Shown: positions 1 through 11,281 of the stretch, piece after piece
How positions within the stretch are numbered: position 1 is the first letter of the stretch
Layout: each line of letters opens with the position of its first letter
DNA from: Lepidodermella squamata
Taxonomy: Eukaryota; Animalia; Gastrotricha
Direction: 5' to 3'
DNA length: 64,000 nucleotides
Assembly (NCBI GenBank): GCA_047495785.1
Contig: JBLDXI010000042.1
Location: 3,658,001 to 3,722,000 of the forward strand
The notes under the pieces: model-generated
The model's input: the letters and a program-made list of their open reading frames with translations, nothing else
What the model was told of the DNA's origin: nothing
Databases searched by the model: none
Program-made: the position numbers and the translations under genes

Positions 1-748
1 GTCTAATTCTAACTTCGACGAATTTCCCCAATGTCGCCCGCCTTAGCCTTGACCTACAAGTGCCCTTCATCATGGCGAACCGTTTCAATCAGGACGGACT
101 GGAGCAGCTGTTCTGCCAGTTTCGGCAATGTGGCGGCGGCAAAACTAACCCGTCCGTGTTCGACATTTTCGTATATGCGGCAAAGCGGTTGATTGCCAGC
201 CCAGTTTTCGGCATTCCCGGCGGATCGAATGTTCGCGTGAAAAAACACATCGGTGGAATTCGGTTTAATACTACGATGCGCAAGTTGAAGAAAGAGATGA
301 TTGGCAAAATTAACGCCGCGAAAGTGTTGAAAGTGGGTCTACCAGCCGATCTTGGTCGCAACCCGTTATCTCTGTCCTACATGCTGGTTTTATCACTCGC
401 CGCCTCGGTCTAAGCAGCGACTCTGCAAATATCGAGTGGGCCGAGTGGGTCGCGCAGTGTAGCCGCGGCGGTCTTGTTCACACTCACTACCGCGTCAAGA
501 CTATTTTGACGGCGATTTGCCATCCCGACAATGCGGGTCATCTACTCGACGACGATTTGCTGCTCTTTGACGGATCGCGCGTTCGAGGCGTATCGCAATA
601 CGCCCGTGTGTTGTTTTCGTCGCGAGCAGTTCGATACAATCGCGATCACGAGGCGCTGCCGTTGCGAATGCGGCTCTACAACGCGACCTGTAGTTCGCCA
701 GGTTCTTCGACTACAGCCACTGGCAAGAGGCGTGGCAAGAAGCAGTAG
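1..748 (+). pseudogene. C-terminal fragment of a P-element/THAP9-like DNA transposase, frameshifted
   Basis: RFNQDGLEQLFCQFRQCGGGKTNP resembles the P-element/THAP9 motif QDxLExFFxxxRxxGGxNxNP. After SLSY (~381) a frame change gives AGFITRRLG...W..QCSRGGL, matching the YIAGY and SRGGL motifs, and continues into ORF 506-748. The 5' part lies outside the window. Confidence 0.75.
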
Positions 749-1344
749 GTGGCTAGGTGTCTGTTTCGCGCAAAAATCGCGTGAAGAGACCTGCTCTTTT
801 CAAGGCCACAACGAATTGCAACAGTGTTGTTTCGTCCCGTGTTCCGTGTTGTCTTTTCAAAATAGAAATTCAACAATTTTTTGGCAACATTTTTCGATAA
901 AATTAGTCTCGGTCAATAGATCACATCCTGAATTTTACGGTTATGCAAAAATAATTTTGATGCCCACTTACAAATCACACGTTTTCTAGGGTAAATTCAC
1001 AGCAAAAGGAGAGTGTGCGCGCGCCACTGTTCGCCTCGTTTCCTTTGATGCGTAATCGCGTGTCGAGTCCATAGTGCATTAGTCTCAAGACGAGATGAAC
1101 CTAGAAATGCATTCATCTCGTTAACGAAAATGATGAGACATTAAAGTTTCGTGACAGTCCCATTAAACACGGCTAGCTCATAATGAATCGGATTAGATTT
1201 TCCCTTTTGGACACCCTGGGATCGTAGTCACCCTATTGAAATTTAAAAACATTAGGCTATAACAAGATTTATGAAGAATTATCACATCATCGTCGTTTTT
1301 ATTGCTCTTTTTCTTTATAAAAAGCTTCATAAAAAAAGTTCGCC

Positions 1345-2811
1345 TCAGGTGTCAAATTTGTCCGGCATTTTGATTCTAGCTCTAATCTCAGACGGAGGTT
1401 TAGTATCAACATTATCCGACGTCCTTAAATAATAATCAGGATCAAACCGGCAATCTTCGAAATAGCCAAGCGGCAACCGTTGCGTTGTAGCCGATCGGTT
1501 GTTGAACAGCGAGCCGAAAGTCGACGCCATTTCACTGTAGCCAGACCGCGTTATCACATAACGCGTCGGCTTCGTCGCCAGCACGTACCAGTCAAGCAGC
1601 GTCTCCAGCATCGCCCGGCGCCTAACCGTAGCGTTCGCATCGCCAAAGTCGTTATCAATATGCCGCGGCTGGAAATCTAGGGCAAAAGCCGGAATTTTGA
1701 CCTCGTTCTTCAACCGCTCGACAAACCAATTTTTCACCTCGAGCGAGTCGGACGCCACATAGACGACGCCTTTGCAGTTTTGACCAACTGTCATCTCGAC
1801 GATTCGAGGCAGAAAGCACATCTCGATTTGCTCCCTAGTCGCCCGCGGCCATTCGTTAGATCTCTGAAAGAAATGTTTCGATGAAACTCGAATTTGAACA
1901 CCGATTCGGCATTTCGGATTGAGATCTGCCTCCAATTCGTGCCAAGTCCTATCGACTAGATGTAACTCATTTAACAGCAATTTTTTCGGTCGCTGAAGAA
2001 TCGTCCGAAGGGCGAAAAATGCTAGCAGTTCATAGGTTAGCGGCATTTGAACGATTTCAACCATTTGAGCAGCGAGGAGTAGCATTCGATCTTGAATTAA
2101 TTTCCGATTGGAATTGAACGTTAAATCAACCATGTCCAGCATGTTGACCGTGTAACTTATCAAAGGCGATTTCGAGAGTAAAAGCGACATATCGTTAAGG
2201 TCGTAGTAAAAATGGTGCTTCTCCGAAATTCTACGCTTATTCGCCCGTAAAAGCGCGTTTAACAGCGACGTAGAATTCGTTTTAATCCTGTAAAATTCTT
2301 CGTTAATCGCGAAAAATTCGCCAAAATCCCACGGTTCGGTCCAGTTGATGAGGAAGACGCGATTTGAGGCATAGGCGGCGTAGAATAACGAAATCAGCCC
2401 CCGGAACCGGTCGCCCAGCCCGCCGCAGCTCTGCGTTTTCGCATCGATGCACTCGTAGACGAGAAGTCGAACTGGGCACCGGCCTTCGAGCTGGCAAATC
2501 GCATCTTGCCGCATTTTTTCAACATAATACCGGCCGACGTGGTCGAGAAGTTGTAGAATTCGAGAATTCGCATCGTTCGAGTAGCGAATTTTCGGCTCGG
2601 GTAGTGTAGTAGAAATCCGCAGGACGTCGTCGTAGAGGCGGTTGTTGATCGAAGCTTTAAGGTGGCTAACGCCGACGTAAGTTGTGATGATGAATAACAC
2701 GACTCCGAACCAATTTTTGCGTAAATTAAAACAGAAATCGTGTTGGAAAGCCCGGCAAAACGCGTCGATGGCTGAATACAGGTAATTTTCGCGAGACGTA
2801 TTAGGCTCCAT
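1345..2811 (-). CDS. Type II membrane GT-B fucosyltransferase-like protein (alpha-1,2/1,6/O-fucosyltransferase superfamily), intronless, 488 aa
   Basis: N-terminal TM (WFGVVLFIITTYVGV); CGGLGDRFRG; motif I IGVQIR, motif II VYVASDS, motif III LLDWYVLA..YVITRSGYSEMA. Confidence 0.8.
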   Translation of the reverse strand: MEPNTSRENYLYSAIDAFCRAFQHDFCFNLRKNWFGVVLFIITTYVGVSHLKASINNRLYDDVLRISTTLPEPKIRYSNDANSRILQLLDHVGRYYVEKMRQDAICQLEGRCPVRLLVYECIDAKTQSCGGLGDRFRGLISLFYAAYASNRVFLINWTEPWDFGEFFAINEEFYRIKTNSTSLLNALLRANKRRISEKHHFYYDLNDMSLLLSKSPLISYTVNMLDMVDLTFNSNRKLIQDRMLLLAAQMVEIVQMPLTYELLAFFALRTILQRPKKLLLNELHLVDRTWHELEADLNPKCRIGVQIRVSSKHFFQRSNEWPRATREQIEMCFLPRIVEMTVGQNCKGVVYVASDSLEVKNWFVERLKNEVKIPAFALDFQPRHIDNDFGDANATVRRRAMLETLLDWYVLATKPTRYVITRSGYSEMASTFGSLFNNRSATTQRLPLGYFEDCRFDPDYYLRTSDNVDTKPPSEIRARIKMPDKFDT

Positions 2812-3792
2812 AGTTATTTACCCTGGCGGACGTTTCCTGTATTACTGATAGGCGTTTCATGCAGGAATTAAGCTGGCCGTATAACCTTGATGTCATTCAT
2901 TGTTCCCAGGTAATGCTACTAGCAGGAATAAATATGCACCATACGTCTGTGCGTTGTTTGCGATTATTATGCGTCGTCGTAAAAATGAATGGCGGTATAT
3001 AGCATTATGTGCGCGCTTTTTGATGCGTGTCATCGTGGCGTGTACATACATATATACATGCGAAATACCGATATATATTTATTGTTGTGCCCTTTTGTCG
3101 TGTGTTGTGGAGACGTGTTTGCGGCTCTCGGTGCAATGCCTTGGTAATTAAAGCGCAATGTCAATAAAAACAATTGCTAATCGCTTGGGAAAATTCGATT
3201 GATAAATGGAAAAAATAGCTATGAACTCACTAATAAATAATTGGGTCAAGCTATTCATGATATAGCTTTTCACGATTTCTCGGCATGGCGTGGAAATTCG
3301 ACATTTAACTATAGCATGATGAAATTTCACAGGTTGACGCATTAAAGTGAGAGCTACTTGGTACTTGGTGGCTAAATTACGCTGAATCATCGCCAATATT
3401 ACAGCTCGAGACCAGGACATACCAGGACCCCCCGGGGAAGGCCTCTTGTCCTTCGCCTCTACTGTCTACGCTGATTTGGAACACATAAGTCAACCATTTC
3501 TTTGAGGTTACTCAGGCATAACAACAAAATTTTCCCGGAATTATTTTAGCTTTATATTTGTTATAACTTGTTCTATTTGTGATTATTTATTTCATTTAAC
3601 TTTTTTTTGCGAAAACACAAGAAAAAAACAGCTTTTTGGAACGAATTACGTAACGAAATGGCACAAAAATTAGGGACTCAAATCCGGCAGTTTCTAAAAG
3701 GAAATCACCATAGGTATGCATACATTCGTGCAGCATTTCTTGCTATAACTGCATTTTTGCCCCCATCCCTGTAAAAGAGGTAACAAGAGTTA

Positions 3793-3959
3793 CAGGGTGG
3801 CCAAGACAAAATGCTGCAGGGTGGCGAATTCGATGCGCATCAGCTCAATGAGGCGTTTCATGTGGCAAAAGAATTCTTGAAATTCTTCGACGTCTTAAAA
3901 CTCCTCATTAAATTTTTATCCACATCAAATTCGCCCGCTGCGGCTTTTTGGCCACCCTG
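3793..3959. mobile_element. Tc1/mariner-type MITE, ~165 bp, copy 1
   Basis: TA-CAGGGTGGCCA...TGGCCACCCTG terminal inverted repeats. The interior aligns in reverse complement with 29339-29502. Confidence 0.75.
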
Positions 3960-4238
3960 TTGTAGAGCTTCCACAAGAGCTACACCCTCAATCGGTCGAC
4001 CTCTACACGAAAAACAAGGTCGTGTAAGCCCTTTGATTCGACCGTCGCTTGATCGAGAGGAACATTCCATAGCACAAAAGCTCTAACATGTTTCTCATCC
4101 GTGTATATAACTACATTTAAATATGGAAAATGTCCAGCTAACAAATTGAATTGGGTTCTCAAGTACGTCGTAGTGTTGATCCGCTTCTTGTAGCTGAACT
4201 GCTGCTCATCTCGTAAAGTATAGGTCACTTGTAATTTC

Positions 4239-6569
4239 TCAAAACTTGCTCATTTTGAACAGCATGACAGCACAGCAGACAGTAGAGTAGATAATTTGTC
4301 CGATGGCAAGGACGCTGGCTTGAATGCACGGTACCTTGGAACTTGATACTATGAACACGATCAATATCATCCCAGCAAACATTGACGCTGCGTTAACGAC
4401 AGCGAGGCGCACTCGCTTACTGCCTGCTGCAAATTCTGATGGGATCATCAGGTTTCGCATTCCATAAACGCTACAACAACCGGCTAACAGAAGAAGCCCG
4501 TTAATGGCTAGTATAGGGGATAGCCAATAAACGGCGAAGGATGAAGAACATACGAGTTGTGTCTCATCGTAATACTCGTCTAGAACTTCATCATAGGCCA
4601 CAGCGGATTTGTCGAGCGAAATCGATGGCACATCGAAAATTAGCCATATCCCAGCTAATATAGTCGCAACCAGGGTTAGCAGTAGAATGCAGAGGATCAT
4701 TATGAACTTGCTTCGACTGACAGTGTTACTCTGGCTTATCGTCACAGCACCTTCAGTAGATGGCTTCGGAGAGGCTAAAGCGGTAATATTCGCCTGTGAC
4801 AATCTATTCGAACTTCTGGCAGTAACAGATTTTTTGCTGATGTCCACTTTAAGCGGCAGATTCATGAGTTTGAAATAACTCCAGGCGATTGCTGTAATCA
4901 CGCAATTGACAAGAGTGGTGCCTGCTGTTGGTAGCAGTGGCCTGAGAGCACATTCAACTTCCGGATAAAACAAAACCCCGGTTGTAAGAAGAACTGCTGA
5001 TATTTTCATAAAAAAGCTGCCGGTTACTAGCGCGGAGATGTGAAATTTACCGAAATACGAGCCACGGAGCTGAGGTTGTCGCAAAGCGATGACGAATATC
5101 ACAGCTTCAAACAAGAGACAGGCGATTGAAATAGCTGAAACAGCTCCTACGAAAGGCAGATTACACCTCAGATTTCGATGCGAGACTGAAGACAAATCTT
5201 TAGGGGGAGTTCCTAAAATAGTCGACCAGATGATATTGCGCAGAACATCGGGTTTATATCCGAAAAAGGCCGCTTCAGCCTTGTCCATCTTTTCCAACTT
5301 AGCGATGATTCTCGGACTGCCATTGATCATTTGAACAATCCACATGCTTTCGTTCAGTTCACCATCGCTAGAGTAATAGTAGCGGCCTGTTCTAAGGCCT
5401 GGGAAGTCCACCTTAACAGCAACTTTGTTTACCACGCTTTGAACCAACTCTCGATAGTTGCGGAAATCCCGGAGGCTTTTGTTGTAATCAGCCCTCAAAC
5501 GTTCTTCCGTCGCATTTAGCGTTAAAATCGACGCTGCAATGATGTCGAAGCAAATGAAACGAAAGTCATAATCGATAGGGGTCTGATTGCCCATGGCAGC
5601 GTTGAATTTGGCCTCAAACTCTTCGTAAGAGTACGCAAATTTTTGGTTCGTCGGCTCTACATCCAGGCGCTGCGAGGCTGTTCCAGCGAAGAAAGTGCTC
5701 TTTATTTGAAGCTGCAGCCACTCCCGCTTGCAGCCAATGGGGATTGGCAGGTCTGTAGCGTTCGGAGAGAATAAACAACTGAACCCTGAGAACAGGAAAA
5801 CATAGTAAGGCGCTCGAATTCCACCTCTGTAGGCGAGACAGAGAAGATTTAGACACATAGGTAACTGCCCCATGGATATAAAAATGACTCTAGTTCTTGT
5901 AGCCAGAAGTGTATTTATGGTCTCCATTGTGACGTCGTACTCGTTCGAGTAGAGAAGCACGTCAATGCCCAGTTTGCCAGAATACACCTGCATGATCTCT
6001 CCTGTCATTACTTCATTGGCGTTGTTTCCATTCGTCAAGATCGAAATTTCTTTCCACTTTCCCAGGGCTTTCACCAGGTACAGCCCAGCAAGAATAGGAA
6101 CAGATGCCGGGCCCAAACCAGGGTATAATGTCGAGTAAAGTTTCCGTCTCGCAATAATGTACGGCCCGTTACAACGCTGAGAGAACTGAGTCATGCCGAG
6201 AAATCTGACCGTAAGAGAAGAGACTTGACAAGCAGTTGTCGGGCCTAATAGCACAGGCGAGGGATATATCGATGGATCGTTGCTCTCGACGCGGTCGCGG
6301 TAGTACTTCATCAATGCGTTGTTAGACAGTATGGCATTTTGGCCTTCATTACCGATCTCAAGCTGCAGTTGGTATCCTGGCAGGATATCATCGCGAACAT
6401 TGGCGTAGTCAGTCATAATGCGAGCGGTAGCTTCGCATGCTGGCCATGTGTTTTGCCCTTTGTTATCCATCGGGAATAGAGCTAGAATCGACAGGTTCGC
6501 CTTACTGCCTGCTACTCCGTTATTCGCTATCGTCAGTATAACTGTGATGAACCGCAAAAATAAGGACAT
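4239..6569 (-). CDS. Class C GPCR, GABA-B-receptor-like (Venus flytrap plus 7TM), intronless; probable start MSLFLRF at 6569
   Basis: Signal peptide; ILALFPM...W; N.RDDILPGYQLQL; TRVIFI; DFPGLRTG; seven hydrophobic helices with the ECL2 VCSS cysteine; almost no C-terminal tail. Confidence 0.85.
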   Translation of the reverse strand: MSLFLRFITVILTIANNGVAGSKANLSILALFPMDNKGQNTWPACEATARIMTDYANVRDDILPGYQLQLEIGNEGQNAILSNNALMKYYRDRVESNDPSIYPSPVLLGPTTACQVSSLTVRFLGMTQFSQRCNGPYIIARRKLYSTLYPGLGPASVPILAGLYLVKALGKWKEISILTNGNNANEVMTGEIMQVYSGKLGIDVLLYSNEYDVTMETINTLLATRTRVIFISMGQLPMCLNLLCLAYRGGIRAPYYVFLFSGFSCLFSPNATDLPIPIGCKREWLQLQIKSTFFAGTASQRLDVEPTNQKFAYSYEEFEAKFNAAMGNQTPIDYDFRFICFDIIAASILTLNATEERLRADYNKSLRDFRNYRELVQSVVNKVAVKVDFPGLRTGRYYYSSDGELNESMWIVQMINGSPRIIAKLEKMDKAEAAFFGYKPDVLRNIIWSTILGTPPKDLSSVSHRNLRCNLPFVGAVSAISIACLLFEAVIFVIALRQPQLRGSYFGKFHISALVTGSFFMKISAVLLTTGVLFYPEVECALRPLLPTAGTTLVNCVITAIAWSYFKLMNLPLKVDISKKSVTARSSNRLSQANITALASPKPSTEGAVTISQSNTVSRSKFIMILCILLLTLVATILAGIWLIFDVPSISLDKSAVAYDEVLDEYYDETQLVCSSSFAVYWLSPILAINGLLLLAGCCSVYGMRNLMIPSEFAAGSKRVRLAVVNAASMFAGMILIVFIVSSSKVPCIQASVLAIGQIIYSTVCCAVMLFKMSKF

Positions 6570-7133
6570 TTCTCGTGTTGCCAGTTCTAGAGATTCTAGG
6601 TTCACTCGGGATATTCTTTCACGCTGTCAGTCGGACTAATCTTTCGCAGCTTTCGGGACCGTACGTCCTGCTACTCTAATAGCACATAAAACCTGATAGC
6701 CCCAATTACATTTTGTCTTACTACCTATAAATCACGCAGCAACTGGCGTGTCTGGCCGTAACGGAAGCGAGCGAGAAAATGTGCAGCTACTAATAACTAT
6801 CGTCGTCGTCAACAGCAATGAAAAATTGATTTCGCAGATGTGGAATTTAAGGAAACTAATTTTACTCCATCTAGAAACTCGGTGAATTTTCAAAAAGAAT
6901 CTAACATTATGTTTACATTACTTCCGAAAGTTCCGCGCATAAATCGCGATGAATTTTTAGCTTATTTACAACATTTCAGACTTTCATGAAATTTGATTAA
7001 AAAATGAGTAAAAATTTTAAAATCTTAAAATCATTTGTATTTTTTCATTCATTCCTTCATTTCATTCACCGATTCAGCTTAAAGTTTCTACTCTTATTAC
7101 CAGCTGTAACGCGCTACACGTGTGCTCGAAAAG

Positions 7134-7209
7134 TGTCGTACCCGGGGGTTGAACCCGGGCTGCCTTTCTGAGAAGGCACGGCTCTAACCTTTGAGCCACC
7201 AAGGCCGAC
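7134..7209 (-). ncRNA. tRNA-derived SINE head or tRNA pseudogene
   Basis: Minus strand shows A box TGGCTCAAAGG, D stem GCTC/GAGC and T arm CCGGG-TTCAACC-CCCGG (B box). The acceptor stem does not pair in register and the anticodon arm (TGCCTT-CTCAGA-AAGGCA) has a 6-nt loop. Confidence 0.6.
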
Positions 7210-7404
7210 ACACACTCCGTGTTCGCTTACGCGGTAGTAAGGGGACCAGGAGGAGAGATGGGAGGTGGACTCGCTCCCTATACCAGCTATTACCAAATTT
7301 AAAAATTAAAATAACCGAAGATGCGAATAATCTTTTTTATTTTCATTATACAAATTTTCAAATTGATTTGAACTTTTCCGAAAATTGCAGGTCCAAGCCT
7401 AAAA

Positions 7405-8631
7405 TTATACATTGTAATATTTCCTGAAGTTAATGTATCGCTCGTTGAATAGTTCATCAGTATTATTCGGCGCAATTTCCAAGCCAGCAGTCGATAACAT
7501 TTCTGAAACCGGAAGCTTCCGCTCCTTGTAAAACGCCGTCGGGCTCAAATTATCAGTCAACAGGTTGTATCTAACCGACCGCATTATCTCAGCTTTGTGC
7601 AGCCCACTTTCACTCGAGCATGACCCAACCGTGAAATTTGTCGCCGAACAAATGTAGTCGTAAAGCACAAAGGGCGTGATCTTTGTCCCAACATGCCCAG
7701 CATTTTTCATCACGCCAATTTTCGGCCTCGAAAGCGCCATAACCTCGCCGTCGTCAGTCATCCTACCCTTCGTGTACCTAGGATGTCTAGCCTCGGCATT
7801 GTCCCGAACATGCCAGCTATACTCGTCACGGTGGTGTTGGAACAGGTAATACGCAAGCAGATCAAACTGGCTGTAATGCATGTGAAATTTCGAGCAAATC
7901 ACGTGGAAAGCTTCCTCAAAGGTTGTTGTGTTGAAAAATTGCCGAACGTGCTCCCGAAACGGGGCGAAGTGCCGGCGTCGAACGATGAATGGAAATCCGA
8001 GGACAATCATATATTCACCGAATTTTTTCCCACCAGCGATGTTGTTGGCAGACTGTTGGTAGCCGTTACAACAGGCGTTGTAGCCGATAATTCTTGGCTT
8101 GCCATTTTCGAACAAATCTTCCGGGATGACCTTTGTCGCGAAAAATGAGTCTGCATCGGCGATTCCGATGAATTCCGACTCCGTGTATTGATCGCAGAAG
8201 AAGTTGGAATACATTTGCCTCGAGTAGCCCTTGCTCCGCCATTTCGAGCATAAAGTTCCAGCTCTAGGCTCTTTTTCGAATTTAACGATAGGATAAGGCG
8301 GTAGTAATGACAGTGTAGTGGCAACAGCGTGATCACTGGTTGACTCCTCGTCGAAAATTAGCATTAGCTTCGAGTTTTTCCATAATTCCCAGGGCCAAAA
8401 GAGCAGGTAGGATGGAGCGAAAATTTGCCAGTATTCAGCTGCTGATCCAGAGTACATCCTGACGACCAGCGTAAAATCTTGGGAATTTCGCCAAGGATCG
8501 TGGATTTCATTGAACAGCAGGCTATCAAAATTAGTTTGCGGTGCGGAGCGGAGTTTGAATAGTATCAAACCGGCGAAAGAGCAGATACAAAATAATAGCA
8601 TCCCCTTCTCGAAGGACTTGAGGGATGTCAT
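7405..8631 (-). CDS. GT-A-fold glycosyltransferase-like type II membrane protein, copy 1 (408 aa, intronless)
   Basis: N-terminal TM; GYSRQMYSNFFCDQYTESEFIGIADADSFF with DxD after a hydrophobic strand; FPF and YSQFDLL motifs; two tandem paralogues. Confidence 0.75.
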   Translation of the reverse strand: MTSLKSFEKGMLLFCICSFAGLILFKLRSAPQTNFDSLLFNEIHDPWRNSQDFTLVVRMYSGSAAEYWQIFAPSYLLFWPWELWKNSKLMLIFDEESTSDHAVATTLSLLPPYPIVKFEKEPRAGTLCSKWRSKGYSRQMYSNFFCDQYTESEFIGIADADSFFATKVIPEDLFENGKPRIIGYNACCNGYQQSANNIAGGKKFGEYMIVLGFPFIVRRRHFAPFREHVRQFFNTTTFEEAFHVICSKFHMHYSQFDLLAYYLFQHHRDEYSWHVRDNAEARHPRYTKGRMTDDGEVMALSRPKIGVMKNAGHVGTKITPFVLYDYICSATNFTVGSCSSESGLHKAEIMRSVRYNLLTDNLSPTAFYKERKLPVSEMLSTAGLEIAPNNTDELFNERYINFRKYYNV

Positions 8632-9282
8632 TTTTAATAATATATCCTAAAAAATCAACAAATACTTTAATCTTCACACAACATAAAAGCAGAAATAAAT
8701 GAAGAATCAAAAGAGAAAAAGTCCTAATTCTAAAATTTACCCTAATGGCATATTCGAAACTAAAAATAACCAGAAACTAGGCATTTTAGATCCAGCAAAT
8801 ATGACGAACAACGAGACATTCAAAAATTCGGGATTTTCAAATTCAAGCTATTTTCGATTACGATTTCGAACTGATGCTGAGGATCAGTCTTGTAAAAATA
8901 TCAGATGAATAGAATAAGATAAATTATTTAAAGCTAGTCGATTCACATTTTGACACAGTTTCATAAAACAGGTAAATTAGAAGTTAAAAAATAAATTGAC
9001 CACAATAAGTGAAATTTGATAGATTGGATTAACGAAATTTTAACAGGGAAGGCCCAAAATATAGGTTTATTAAGCGGATATTCAACAGCACTACAGACTA
9101 CAGATACCGAATTTGTTCCTATAGAAGCCCTGGCTACTAAAATTTCAACCTCGAAATTGTGAATATTTCGAAAAATAATTTTTGGTGAATCGTTCATTTT
9201 TGATGTTTTCGAGCCCTCAACCCTGGGCTACTATTAGTGGATGGGCTACTATTGGAACAAATACGGTATACAAGATTCATCA

Positions 9283-10521
9283 TCACCAGTGCCAAGATCC
9301 AACATATTTCATCATATCATTATTCCGCTTCTGCAACAACTCTCTCGCATTACTTGGCACTTTTTCCTCAGACTTGTGAAACATTGCAGAGTCCGGAAAG
9401 CTCCGCTCTTGCCAAAACGCTGTAGGAACTAGATGATCAGTCAATAGATTCCGCTCAACAGACTCCGAAATAGGTCTGCGGTAGTTCTCATGCTCTTTTC
9501 GACACGATCCATACGTGAAATTCGTCTCCCAACACACGTAATCGTACAGAATAAACGGCGTTGCTTCGTGGCCTGTATGCCCAGCATGTTTCATCAGGCC
9601 GATTTTCTGTACCTTGCTAAAAGCCAAAACCTCAGCATTTTTCGTCATTCGACCTCGATTTAAATGAGGATGACCTGCTTCGTCATTATCGCGAATGTGC
9701 CAGCTGTACTCATCGCGGTGATTCAGAAACAAATAATACGCAAGTAGGTCAAATTGGCTGTAGCCATTGTAGGTCGAGCAGATTTTATGGAAAGCCTCTT
9801 CGAAATTCGTCGTATTCATTGAGGTTGTCAGGAAATCGCGGAACATTCTGAAGTGCTTTCGACGGACGATAAATGGGAACCCCTGGACAACCATAAATTC
9901 ACCCAATCGTCGCCCTTTTGATACATACTTTACCGCAGACATTTGCCAACCAGAACAGCAGGCGTTGTAGCCAACAATTCGCGGCTTTCCATTTTCGAAC
10001 AAGTGCTCCGGGATGACTTTCACAGCGAAAAATGAGTCGGTATCGGCGATGCCGATGAATTCCGAATCCGAGTATTGATCGCAGAAGAAGTTGGAGTATA
10101 TTTGCCTCGAGTAGCCCTTGCTCCGCCATTTCGCGCATAAAGTTCCAGCTCTAGGCACTTTTTCGAACTTGATGATTGGATAAGGCGGTAGTAATGACAG
10201 TGTCGTTGCAACAGCGTGGTCACTGCTGGACTCTTCGTCAAAAATTAGCATTAGTTTCGAATTTTTCCATGATTTCCATGGCCAAAATAGCAGGTAGGAT
10301 GGAGCGAAGACTTGCCAGTATTCAACTGCTGATCCAGAGTACATCCTGACGACTAGCGTAAAATCTTGGGAATTTCGCCAAGGATCTTGGCTTCCATTGG
10401 ATAACAGGCTTTGAAGAGCAGTAATTGATGGGGCGGGGCGGAGATTGAACAAGTATAAACCGGCGGCAAAACAGATAAAAAATAGTAACACAAATTCCTT
10501 GGAGGACTTGGAAGAAGTCAT
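9283..10521 (-). CDS. GT-A-fold glycosyltransferase-like protein, copy 2 (412 aa); chimera of copies 1 and 3
   Basis: Same motifs (IADTDSFF). N-half closely matches copy 1 and C-half closely matches copy 3. Confidence 0.75.
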   Translation of the reverse strand: MTSSKSSKEFVLLFFICFAAGLYLFNLRPAPSITALQSLLSNGSQDPWRNSQDFTLVVRMYSGSAVEYWQVFAPSYLLFWPWKSWKNSKLMLIFDEESSSDHAVATTLSLLPPYPIIKFEKVPRAGTLCAKWRSKGYSRQIYSNFFCDQYSDSEFIGIADTDSFFAVKVIPEHLFENGKPRIVGYNACCSGWQMSAVKYVSKGRRLGEFMVVQGFPFIVRRKHFRMFRDFLTTSMNTTNFEEAFHKICSTYNGYSQFDLLAYYLFLNHRDEYSWHIRDNDEAGHPHLNRGRMTKNAEVLAFSKVQKIGLMKHAGHTGHEATPFILYDYVCWETNFTYGSCRKEHENYRRPISESVERNLLTDHLVPTAFWQERSFPDSAMFHKSEEKVPSNARELLQKRNNDMMKYVGSWHW

Positions 10522-11281
10522 TCCTACGAAAATAAATTCAACATAAATTTAGTCGATGCAACAAAAATACAACAAAAAGATGTTCAGAAACATTTGAAAC
10601 ATTTGAAAGGGGTTGGCCCGTTTTATCCCGTTTTACCCGGTCTTGATGTCCTCGAACACTACAGCGTGTCCCAGAATTTGCGCGAAGATTTTCCAAAATA
10701 GTATCTTGTTTTAAGAAATTCAAAAAATATTTTTTAGGTGACCCTACCGAGAGAAAATTCCATCTTTTATCCGCGATTTAACCGGAGGAATGAACAATTT
10801 AGTAGAAAAAACCCGGATACCTCCCATGGTAACTGGATCGGAAATTTCGGTATTTTACCAGGGCTGGACTTCATTTGTTTGGCCATGATATGTGACGTCG
10901 TCTCTCATTTTAGCGTTTTTGAACAATTTTCCGTGTTACTTATGGAACCCATTTTTAATTTATGCTTAACTTTGACCTTTGAAATTTGAATTTGAAAATG
11001 GAGAGCCTCGATATTAAACATCCCGATAGGTAAAGAATATCAAAACTTTCACTATTTAATTTTTAATAAATTTAGAGCCGATTCGAATTAAATCCTGAAT
11101 TTAAAAAGATAATTAAAATCCCAAAAAATATTTCCTGAATTAGTTGAGAACTAATGAAATATCAAAGCTGTTTGATTTTTTCATTTTAGATACTTATTCG
11201 CTTGAGTAAAAATTGTAAAAGTTGCAGAAATATATATTTTAATTTCACGAAATTTTAATTTCAGATATAAAAGCTTCATCA

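Noticed and set aside
7160-7178. TCA in the tRNA-like loop suggesting tRNA-Sec or a suppressor
   Set aside because: No long variable arm or extended acceptor stem, and the loop geometry is non-canonical.
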